64,000 nucleotides of DNA from Trichinella spiralis (Eukaryota): positions 1,918,971 to 1,982,970 of the forward strand of contig NW_003526945.1 in NCBI RefSeq assembly GCF_000181795.1, in the 5' to 3' direction. A model generated the notes under the pieces. The model was given only the letters and a program-made list of their open reading frames with translations. It was not told the DNA's origin and ran no database searches. Shown piece after piece: positions 36,835 through 47,792 of the stretch. Position 1 is the first letter of the stretch. Each line of letters begins with the position of its first letter. Position numbers and translations under genes: made by a program.

Positions 36835-36904
36835 AACAGAACCAAGAAGTAGTACGAGCGTAACTAGGTTTAACGTGTTACCCGTATCTCTTCTTGGTTC
36901 TGTT
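36835..36904 (+). ncRNA. pre-miRNA, miR-51/miR-100 seed family; predicted mature 3p UACCCGUAUCUCUUCUUGGUUC (36879-36900)
   Basis: AACAGAACCAAGAAG pairs perfectly with CTTCTTGGTTCTGTT (15 bp), plus TACG/CGTA and GTAAC/GTTAC. 60-nt precursor 36841-36900 with 2-nt 3' overhang geometry; seed ACCCGUA at nt 2-8. Confidence 0.82.
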
Positions 36905-36974
36905 TGACTGTCACAATATCGGCAAAAGCGTTATGTGATTTGTTATTTTATACAAGTGGAATGGTAAGTTGAGC

Positions 36975-37030
36975 TTCACTGGAACAATTTCACTTTAGCC
37001 TAGCAGTGGAGCACCGGTTGCCAGAGTGAA
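36975..37030 (+). ncRNA. Weaker candidate pre-miRNA hairpin
   Basis: TTCAC/GTGAA, TGG/CCA, AAC/GTT and TTTCACT/AGTGGAG stems with bulges; 3' arm contains CACCGG. Confidence 0.3.
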
Positions 37031-37208
37031 CGTATTACTGGCGGAAATCTGAAAAGGATTGGCATCATTTCAAAAATGTTTCGTATTTAAATGTTATACA
37101 TTGATATAATATATTTCAGGGTATTTCCTATTACTAGGGTTGATTTGGTAAAAGAAAAACAGAAAAACTTGGTCAAGAAAGAAATTCGTCGAAAGATTTG
37201 AATTATAC

Positions 37209-37266
37209 CTAAGAAGTTAATACGAGTAGCTAGCAATGAAACGCAACCCGTATTTTCCTCTTAGTC
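37209..37266 (+). ncRNA. Second miR-51/miR-100-seed pre-miRNA; predicted mature 3p AACCCGUAUUUUCCUCUUAGUC (37245-37266)
   Basis: CTAAGA/TCTTAG, AATACG/CGTATT, GT/AC and GC/GC stems; both arms are similar to the hairpin at 36835. Confidence 0.65.
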
Positions 37267-40205
37267 TTAATTCATCTCATTGCAACAACCAGCTTCACAT
37301 TTTGTGGTCATTCCAATTCACACGTTCGCACTTTTTACAAGTTAAAAAAAACAACGCAGGCTGTCACAATCTGGTACACAATTAAAATGCAAATATTTAA
37401 AATACGTAACACAAAAAGCCTAAAAACTCCAATCGTAATGATCAACTTAATGCCATTCAAATCTTTGACCAACCCGAATGCAGCGTTATTAATGAAAACA
37501 CATGTCACTGCTTTTTTGCTTCTTCGAGAGCCGTAACAGGTTCTTGGAAGATGAGAAAATTACATGATTGAACGAAAGTGGCATTTCGAGTTCATTGTTG
37601 CCATCAAATGCAGCCGAATCCTATAGTCGAATTACCAGTTTACGTTTCACTTTTCTCCATACTACGAGCAATTAGTTTTCACTAATTAAACCTTGAAAAA
37701 ATGTCACACAAGATTAGTTTACCTTTATAAGTAAATTAGCCAAAAATATAGCTTTCTTTCGACGACTGCCAACTTCTGCCGGTCAAGTTATACCTTACCC
37801 AAATACAATTTGCCACTGGCTGTAACTTTGATCTCTTTAAAATATGCAGTATTCATAGAATATATAAATATTTCAGTTGTTTCGGAAAGTCGAACATTGT
37901 GTTTGTCATTTATTACCAAACACATTCCAAAATGATGCTTCATCTGCTTGATTTGGCGTAAATTCGAACCAATGCTTGACCAATTGCACATTCGTTCATC
38001 ATTACTCACCTTTAATATGGGTCAGATCAGTGCTACGTTACAGTAATTTCAAAAACGATATAAATAACATTTTTTGTGATTGATTTATCTTGAAAAAATT
38101 ACTGAAAATGGAATAATTTAGTTTTGGAAAAGAATTTATACAAGAATCTTATCAAAAAACGTGAAATAAACAGCAAAAACAATCTGTTTATCATTGAATT
38201 GTTAGATACATAAGCAGTTTGAAATTTTTCATACTGGGAAATATTAATACTGTTTTTCAATATACCAGTACTGCTTGTTAGTTAATTGCTCCAGTAAATT
38301 TGTTTCAATATACATTTCGAAAATGAAATCGCCGTAAGATATTTTACTTGTAGGGTACTGTAATTATTAGAGAAGTACAAATGTTCAATTTTTAAACTGA
38401 AATTATTACGCTGATGCCTAGAGCAATATAATTTGCCGAAAATGTTATTGTTTAAATGATTTTTTGTATTTTTAAGACAAAATTTCATCTGATAAGTTGT
38501 CGTCAGTCCAAGGCCACTTTGCTACTAGGTTGCAGTTTCAAGACCATTGAATCTGTAAAAATAAGATTAAAGCTTGATAAGAGGATAAAATTGATTTCAA
38601 ATATGAATTACAAAATAAATCCTTGCTTATACATAGAAATGTATAACAATTTATATTCACTGTTTAGTGCTTTAGTTAAACTCTCATGAATTTTTTACTT
38701 CTTGATCTGCTTGTTTGCTTTTGAAAATGACATTAGAATTCAATGCTGTATGAATATTTGATAGATCGATTAAAATGCATTTGAAATAAACAAAACGACA
38801 AGCTGCTGTTGAAAATGTTTGGTTGGTGACATTTTTAATGTTTACATGCGCAAGTCATCATGTTGTTTAACATTGCATATTTAGTTTGAATAGATTTGGC
38901 GACTGCATTGTACAATTATTTGTAGAACTGTGAATGTTCTACTTAGATGTGGCACTTTCTTTGCAAAAATGCTGATCACTACTACAGTGATGTATAGAAT
39001 AGAAAAAAGTTGTTTATCAACTGCTTTTTAAAATTGTCATTGGTAACGTCGTCTCACTCATTATTTCACATTAGTCAAACGGTTTTGGAAAAGTTTCTAA
39101 TTTTGCCTGTTCAGATGTAGTTTATTAGAATTTATAGCAAAACATTTTTAAACTTCTGCATTCGAAATTGCCAAGTGCTGTTTATCATATTGAAAATATT
39201 TTACGGTGATAATGTTGTCAATATATGCAGTTGGAGCTCTTTCATTTCCAGATTAAATCTGAAAAATTTCAAGTCTGTCAGAAACTTCTTTATGAGCCGC
39301 TCTGGCGTCATCACTCATGCACGTTTTTAACATGTGCGCAAACTGCGCAGGAACTGAAGCTGAACAAAGAGTCATTTTTAATCAAAATATGGTCCATTTT
39401 TGCTTCTACTGATGATATCTATGAAATATTTATAAGTACATTTTTGTATTGGAAAATCAAAAGCAACCTGTCATTCATGTTTAAATGCAGAAGAAAATTT
39501 GTGTATAAACACATGCATACGAAGTTACACGTAAACATCTCAACGTACATCAGCAATACAATATTTAGTATTTGAAACATTTAAATTGAGTTAACCTTTT
39601 TGTTTAGCATCAACAATTTACTGTTTGTTGAAGGGTTTTTCACAATTAAAAAACAAAATCGAACAGATACAAAGTGAGATCGAATGGCTTTAAGTTGAAC
39701 AAAAATCTAGTATTAAGCATTAGAATTAAGATTATTTTAAAATATTTAAAGTAAATTATTGAAAATTGCTTTTTAATTTTTAACGTTAATTGAATGGCCC
39801 ACTGTTACGATGAAGTCAACTTTGCAACTTTTTTTTGGTGCCAATAAACTAATCATTGATCGTAATTAATAATAAATTATTTTGGAATTGGCACTGAATG
39901 CAGATATCGCTATTCGTACAGTAGTACAGCGATAGCTTTTCCATTGTTTCGCTGATACTTTAAATAAATTAACTAAAATGTTCTACTTTTTTTCACTTTC
40001 AAATTACTAATACCAATTACGGGCTATTTTAAGCGAAATACTTTATTCAGCGGTACAGTAATTACAGTATTCCAATAAAGGTTTTCAAGTTCAACATATG
40101 CATTAATGATGAACACGCTAGGCGACGGACAGGACGAATGGGTAAAATGCGAACAACTGACTGTAACTGAAAGTTCGATGATAAATTTGGCCGAAAATGA
40201 AATTC

Positions 40206-41144
40206 TTAATAAACGATGTAATCTTCTTCAACGCCCAATACACTGAGCACAGTTGGATGCATGTGGTCCAAACTTTCACCGCTGTCGTGCAAATAAGTGT
40301 GCAAAGCGTTCAAAGCAGTCATCGGTGGCTGCAGACTCAACTGATGATGGAGGCGTTTCAGCAGCGCCATCAAATTGTACTGCAAGGCGAATTCGATTTT
40401 CCGTACCAGTGGGACTGTTTTGCTTTTCATCAGGTACATTTCGGCCAGTTGAATCACTTTGTTCACTTTCAATTCAGAAGCTAATTGGAGCAGCAGATCG
40501 AAATTGTAACTGTCCAACACCGGCTTGCCGTAGCGGCACAAAGCTGTCATAAATATCAACAGATGATCGTAATTGATGTTCAACAGCACATCCCGTCTCA
40601 CGCCTCGTTTGTAACGTTCGAACAGTTCACTGAAGTAAACCGAATCCAACGTGTTGAGAAAAAATATATTGGCGTACACTTGTTCACTGCCGTTCGTGAA
40701 AGCGAAATTGTGGGTTTCGGTTTCGACGGTCAAGTCGGGTCGAAATACGCGCAACAATTCTCTCAAACGAAACTGCACCGTGCCGTGGAAGCGTACCGGT
40801 GGCTGGCCGTGTCCACTGATCACCAGTTTCCGGCAGGATGATTTTTCGGGCGTGTACTGGTCATTCATGAGCTCGTATTCGGCAACCAGACGATAATTGT
40901 CATTCGGATATCGCTCAGAAATTATCGTAAGCTCGTAGTCGGCCAGTACATCCAGCGCCGTGTGTACGGAAACTAACCTTGTCTGGACAGCCCACTGACA
41001 ACAGTCGGACAGTCCCACAACTGGGTGACAAACAACGAACCACTGACGATCGCACACGACAATGGCGTTCGATTCGACAGCGCTACCATCGTAATTCAGC
41101 ACATAGTCCAATTCGAATTCGACCACATAGTCACGACTTCCCAT
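40206..41144 (-). CDS. BTB/POZ domain protein (possible MATH-like N-terminal region), single exon
   Basis: Long GC-richer ORF; EQVYANIFFL..DSVYFSELF..INYDHLLIFM..NFDLLLQLASELKVNKVIQLAEMYL..KIEFALQYNL is a BTB pattern. First ATG at 41144. Confidence 0.82.
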   Translation of the reverse strand: MGSRDYVVEFELDYVLNYDGSAVESNAIVVCDRQWFVVCHPVVGLSDCCQWAVQTRLVSVHTALDVLADYELTIISERYPNDNYRLVAEYELMNDQYTPEKSSCRKLVISGHGQPPVRFHGTVQFRLRELLRVFRPDLTVETETHNFAFTNGSEQVYANIFFLNTLDSVYFSELFERYKRGVRRDVLLNINYDHLLIFMTALCRYGKPVLDSYNFDLLLQLASELKVNKVIQLAEMYLMKSKTVPLVRKIEFALQYNLMALLKRLHHQLSLQPPMTALNALHTYLHDSGESLDHMHPTVLSVLGVEEDYIVY

Positions 41145-41333
41145 CCAACGTGCCACAATTCGACCTGCCGAACGAACCACTTTTTACCTATAGTTGTGCT
41201 GTTGAATAAAAAAATATTAAAATTAGCAACAATACGTCGTATATGAGCACAGATACATAATGAACAGCAGAACAAGTGATCAAGTACACAAGCAATTTGT
41301 TGTCCCTTTCACAATGGTTTTATTGATTTTTAA

Positions 41334-42044
41334 TCAGCGTAGCGCAAAAGCACGCACTTCACAAATATTTTTTGGAAAACTGGTCAATTTCGATTCGGCC
41401 ACAATGGATAAATCGGCTTCTTTAAAAATTTCCAACAAAGCGTCTCTACACCTTGTCCAAGAATGATCAACCTGGTCGTAGTAGGAATCGTTGGGAGAGA
41501 TGTTGTCTTTCAGAACGATGAAACCTTGCCTGGGCAGCAGAGCCTGCTTGCAGCGGATCAAAAACTCTTTCAAATCGTCGTCGTGCAACTGACCCGATAC
41601 CCACTGCATCCATATTATATTGTACATGCCGAACAGGGGGTGGAAATTTTGCAAAGCACAGCAATATTTGATTCCAATTTTCGAACTCAGTTCTGGACCA
41701 AGATAACTGGGGGCGGTGATCAAAAATCGTTCGGTCACGTCGACCAAGTCGATTTTGTCAAATTTTTCCGCCAAAACCGACTTCGTCACCCGACCAACAC
41801 CACAACCACAATCCAAAGCTATCTTTGTCGGCAAATGATACTAAACAACCACAATGTAGAAAAAAGTTGGTTGTCAAACAAAACCAACCTCGGTAAAAAG
41901 ATTGTTCAAAAATGATTTCGAATGTTCCACATCCGCTTCGTGTAAATATCCCAAACCACCAAGCATGCCATCCAAGTCGGCAGAAACCTTTTTCCAGTAT
42001 TCTGCCGCCTTCGTATATTCGGCTTCTTTGTTTTCTTTGTTCAT
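41334..42044 (-). CDS. NTMT1: Alpha N-terminal protein methyltransferase 1 (homt-1 ortholog), 2 exons
   Basis: YTKAAEYW..DGMLGG; ALDCGCGVGRVTK; IIWMQWV.GQLHDDD; IVLKDN; DHSWTR; RAFALR*. Confidence 0.95.
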
Positions 42045-42214
42045 CACCTACCTTCAGATTAGCAAACAAACAAACAAACAAACAAATAAATAAACAAACA
42101 AAACTACAACATTAAGTAGAATAATGAGATTGTTGAATAAACTCTTGCAAAAACAGAACACAGTGAGCCCAGGTTATTCATTTTATTTTCACTCGGAATC
42201 CGAATACACCGGCT

Positions 42215-42940
42215 TCAATCAGCAGCACTGGTGAAAGTTGTGTTGTGAATCCAAGATAAAAATTTCGAATTCCCGTTTTCCACCTAAAATGTAACAATTA
42301 TGAGCTCCAAAAAGAAAACAAATGTTACAAGTGCTCAAAACATGAACATACTGGGATCTCCAGAATAGCGGGAACAGAATAAGGGTGTCTCTCCACAATA
42401 GTAGCGTTGATTTTACGGAATTGCTTTTTAGTTGTTTTTATTATCAACACTACTTCTTCCGATTCATCTATTCCACCGCCCCAGTTAAACCTAAACTATT
42501 ATGATTATTTTCAAACACTAAACATAAACTGGAACACTTACATTGATACCACATTGGGAATTAAATTGATGCATGCTGCATCATTTCGGTTAAGAATAGC
42601 TCTAAAATTGGCGAATATTCATCAAATTAATAAAATTCGTTTTTTTCTGAAAATAAAGAAAACTAATATACCTAGCAATGTCTTTTCCCACTTCCATAGA
42701 TGGTACAGTGCTATAAACAATCGTAAAACTGTCCGGATTATCCCTATCGGGAGGCATCGCAGTACGGCGTCTAACGGCCCAGCCAATTCCCAACAAAGCA
42801 ACTACGCCTAAAATCAGGCTTTTCTATTAGACACTTTGGAGAAAAATACAACTCAATAATATAAAGAGAAAAAAATTGTTACCGGCACCAATTTCAATAT
42901 AATGATCGGAAATGAAGTCGTAAATTGCAGACAACTGCAT
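42215..42940 (-). CDS. CUTA: CutA homolog with N-terminal hydrophobic anchor, 5 exons
   Basis: IVYSTVPSMEVGKDIAR|AILTENDAACINLIPNVVSM|FNWGGGIDESEEVVLIIKT..HPYSVPAILEIP|VENGNSKFLSWI. Confidence 0.92.
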
Positions 42941-44318
42941 CGCTAGTTAAAGAAAAACATAAAGAATTTAAGTTATTACAAAAGTTAAGGTTTCAATAAA
43001 ATGAACAGTTTAGGCGACATATGCGTTTGAATTCGATTAAATGAGCAAATGTAAAGTAAAATTATGAAATCAAAGAATAGAGAAATAATCAATTTAAAAT
43101 ATATACTAACATAAATATGAACAGCTTAAAAGTCGCATTTCAACTGGTCCAACCGTTGAAACAATGAAAACTAATTTTGAAAATCATCAAATACAGTTAA
43201 CCTATTTTGTAATTTTAAAATAAGGTACTAATCTTTTCAACTCGCATAGCACCGGCTAAAATAATATAAGTTAGCAGTAAAATCAAAACATATTTACACG
43301 GACTTCAAAACGTTTTACACAATAAAAACAACTACTGATGGATATCATCGGCATGAAGGTTGTTGTGCTTTTGAAAATTAGCAATTCTCAACTTCAGATG
43401 ATTAAATAAAATAAGCATTTATATATTTATAGGACAACTTATTAATTTAGTAAAGAAAAATATAAGAAGACAGCACTTCAGAAGACAGACGAGTAAAAAT
43501 AAAGAAGGAAGTATGAGAACAAAGAAAATTGAGCATGCATACAGTATTACTAATCTGGAATGGAGGATGTTTTCTTTGTCTTGATATTTTTGATGGAATT
43601 TCTGAACGACTCTTATTTTAAATAAATTAAAAAAATCATAAATAATATTCTAATGCATTTTTTTGTGGCTTAGTTAGATTTTAAAACGAGAATTTTGCTC
43701 TAAATTGCAACATAATTAGGTCACAGTACTGTCAAGCGTTAAGCATCAAGTATTAAATTTAAGAAAAAGCGTTGAAAACTCTAAAATGCGCTGAATTTTA
43801 AATATAATTTAAATTTTTTAAATTCTAAAATAATATTCAAGTTATTTAAATTTGTTTATTTATTTTATTTTAAATTTTTTGTTTCTATAATTGACAAAAA
43901 AACAAAAATATGCTTCTACAGTAAGAAATGTGTATTTACGGAGGAATAAAACACGCTTTTTTATTTAAAAAATATTTCAAATTGCACAGTGTTATGAAAG
44001 ATAAGAATAATAATAATACAACTTCCTTTAGTAGTTGATACGACTGATACAGTATTTAAAATGTGCATAACATTACTTTTGTAATTTTTGCAATTTCCTG
44101 ACAATTGAGATATGTATTGTTGTTCAAATGGGATGTTTTTTTTTATTGAAATATCCGTAATTTGAAAATATCAATCGGTATTTTTTACTTAAATAATAAT
44201 GATTACATTTTTGAATTGTGGTTTCCAGTTGAACTGTTATCGGTGGGCGTATGAGAGATGAAAAATTTTTCTGCTAATATTAGATTTCCAAGTTGTCAAA
44301 AACGATGGGTGATGAGAT

Positions 44319-47300
44319 TTATTCTACATCTCGAACGTTTGTTTTTTTCACAAAGGGCAAACAACTGAACGGTCCGTTGGGATCAGTCAAAATTGTTGGA
44401 CATTTGTACGAATTTCGAATTTCTCGATCAAGCAACGCGTACAGTGTCAGCTCAAGCGAAAGGCCCAACGGATGCGAAAGCCAAACGTATTCTTCGTACG
44501 TTCCATCCGGCACGAACAGAATCCAAGTCATCGGCAGCATTTGGAAAACGGATCGAAAAAAGATGATCACCGATACGCGTTGGGTTGCCTTTTTTTCACG
44601 GATCATTTGAATTAGCCTTGCAACGGTTGAATGGGTCTTTTTTCGTCCATATCGACACGACAACGCTATAAGACACTCGATCAGACTGGCGTGGTAGGCG
44701 ATCAGCAGAAAGCAGAAGTGAAGGTTGTAAAATTCGGACGGAAATGACTCATCTTGGTAGCATAATGCTGAGATCATCACGGAATGGCGTCCATTGATTA
44801 TAGTTACGAAAACAACCAAAAGATAGGCCACTGTGGACAAGGTGTAAACCAGACAAATAAGCTGCACAGCTCGACGACTGGTCAATTTTAAATACCACCG
44901 AAAAGTGACCATAGCTGCCAGTTGATCAGTAGTTAAGAAGAACATCACAAAAGCGCTGGTTGTTTCGCCAATTTCAAAAAAGAAATTATGCACGCCCACA
45001 AGCAAGCAGTGCAACTGGGTGGACATGTATCCACCATGCGCAAGCACATACCATCTACGAATCCCTGCACTGACATAACCAAAGCCGACGATCAGTGTAC
45101 TCACACAGAGTGCTGAAATTGAAAAAAAATTGTTTTGTTATTTTGTGGTTTTACTTAGAACCATACTGTATTTCGTGATTTTACCAGAAATTGATGTTTA
45201 AAAAATAATTTATCGAAGCAAAAGTTTTTTTCAAAAATATTTCAAATATTTAAATTCCACAAAATTTTGATAATTTTTTAAAATGCTGTTTTCGGGAAAT
45301 TTTCAAATCTCTACTTGCATTGCTGTTAGACTGTAAATTCATTTTATGAGTTTTCATTTTTCCGCTTGACGTTTTCAAAATACAAAATCCAATCTTGAAG
45401 ACTTGCAGAATTGAAAAATCAAACATATTCAATTATTTGATGAAAATAACAGAATCATTATTCTAATCATTTCATTCTACATGATGACAAAAAAAAGAAT
45501 ATATTGTTTTTTGTTCAACTTGTCGATGTGCTTTAAAAGATTAGATGCCTTTTAACTATCATGTTAACTAACTTGTTTGGCATCGCCGACCGACGGAGTA
45601 TTGATTGATTTTAATAAATGAAAATTCAAATAATGATGAATTTTTCTTTTCCTTAACATGTATCATTTGTCTGTCTAAATTTTAATACACCTTTGCATTC
45701 AATCACATTTACTGAACTTTTTCCACTGCTTGCAACGATGCCAGTCCCATTTCAATTCGTAACAGTTGCCATTAAAATTTATTGTTAATAATGAATAAAA
45801 TCTAATATTAATGTAGTAAAAGTTTTGTTTTCTATTACAACCAGACGAACTACAGTTGCAAAACATGAAATTTTCACTCCAATTAAACCCTTTTATTATT
45901 ATATTTTGTGTAATATAATAATAATAAGAATAATATTTCAAAAATGTCATTTCCTTTTATCATATTATCAATCTATGAAGTGTGAGGAAAAAAAATGGCA
46001 TTCATTTTCAAATTATACTTTTCAAGCATAGTTGCTATGGTATGACAATTATTCAATTTCCATTATCCGTTTTTTATCCGTTGAATTTAATTGAAAAAGT
46101 TATCAGTGAAATTATTAACAAACAAATAGCCATGATGAAGTTGCCTAATGTGATGGTGCAATTGAAAAGCTTTTTCCAAGTCATTTCGATAATATTGATG
46201 AAAATTCATTATCCATTGTTTGCTAATGAAGTTCGCTAAAATGAACTTCCTTCATACGCTATCAAACAACTATACCTTTGTAAAATAACGCCATTATTGC
46301 CAAGAAAATATTCGCAATCTATTATTTTTGTTATTTATTAACAATAATTTGAACTTTTCAAAACATCAATAATGATGTAGAAAGGAAGTTTTTTTTAAAT
46401 ATCTATTGTATTTGATCAAACAGACGAATAATGAATTGAAAGAATCAAGAAATGACTTCTTTGCAATTTATTTTAAATTAAATTAAAGGTTTGTTTTCAA
46501 TCCATGAAAATTACTGAAAACAACTAGTCTAATAAGAAATTTCATTTCACTTCATTGCATAAAAAACAGATATCCGTTTCCAACTTTAAATGACATTGAA
46601 GCTAGCAAAATCCATGAATATATAAACATCAAATCGTTGATTTTCGAATTAAATACAATGGAAAGTTTCAATTATTTATTTTTCAATTATTAATTCACAT
46701 CTTATCTAATTTCAATTACTTACCGTTTTCTTTTCCCACTGTTGTAATTTCAACTGCCTTAAAACGTTTTTATCTATAGTTATTAACGTTTATCAACATC
46801 AAATACAGAAAGATTTCATTTCGTTTCTCAAATATCCGTCTACTAAAAATTGTTATTATTAAAAATAATTCTTTCATCCGTAGTAGAATTTTCTCTTTCA
46901 CAACTTAACAAGTTGAAATAAATTGATGCTGACATCAAGGGACGCATTTCTTTACATAATTATGATGAAAAGTCAAAAAAGCGTCATAATTCAATATCGG
47001 AATATTATTCAACTTTCATGCGGCATGATTTTGATGTCCACTTTTTACAATTTTGAAAATATTACAAGATCAATTCTTTTCACAATAAATTATTATTATC
47101 TTTTAAAGAAAAACTTCCCGTACAGTAAATTCCATCGTGTAAAATTGAACATCAGAATGAACAGAGAAAATGTGCATTTATTGAGGGAAAATCGTTAGTT
47201 GTCATTTAAATTAAAAATATGAAAATTACCTCAGAAAGATCAACTTAATTTAAATAAAATAACCACTGCTTGATATTTGCATGATTATCAACGAAAACTA

Positions 47301-47792
47301 ATGTCATGAAGCAGAGCAAAAATTAAGGCAAAAGTAGCAGAGCAGTTATCATGAAATCAGTAATCTCAATCGCAAGCTTTGATGTGTTATTAACTCTGGA
47401 TTTTTTTACTAGTTTAAAAATCAGCTTATTAGTTAGTTCAATTTTCTTCTTTTTTGATGAGTTGTAATATAACCGTTGATTATTTGATCCAACAATAATT
47501 CTTTTAATATGCAAGCTACAGTTGTATCTGTAATTTGAACAGGCATCTTATCATTGTACCGACCACGTACGTACGTTTGTATCTTATTGAATGAATAATC
47601 AGTTTGATCATACTTACCAGTAAAAAAGATGGACTCTTTTCTTTTTTGCGGGATGTTGTGTAATCCATGCAAAATTACAATGCTGGTAAGCAGCGGCACG
47701 AATCCAACTGCTAACATTGCCCATGATTGCCGCAGTATATCGTCAATTATTCCACTCTCAACAATGGTCGTATTGTTGGCTATGGTTTCCAT
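44319..47792 (-). CDS. 7TM GPCR, nematode chemoreceptor (Srsx-like), 2 exons (47792-47618, 45112-44319), 322 aa
   Basis: Phase-1 join ACT G|gtaagt...tttcag|CA. N-glycosylation sequon NNTT, hydrophobic helices, TDQLAA (DR-like), REKKATQRV, and LYALLDREIR after TM7. Confidence 0.8.

Noticed and set aside
39887..39957. ATTGGCACTG seed-like sequence with partial fold-back
   Set aside because: Irregular stem with large bulges; not convincing as a precursor
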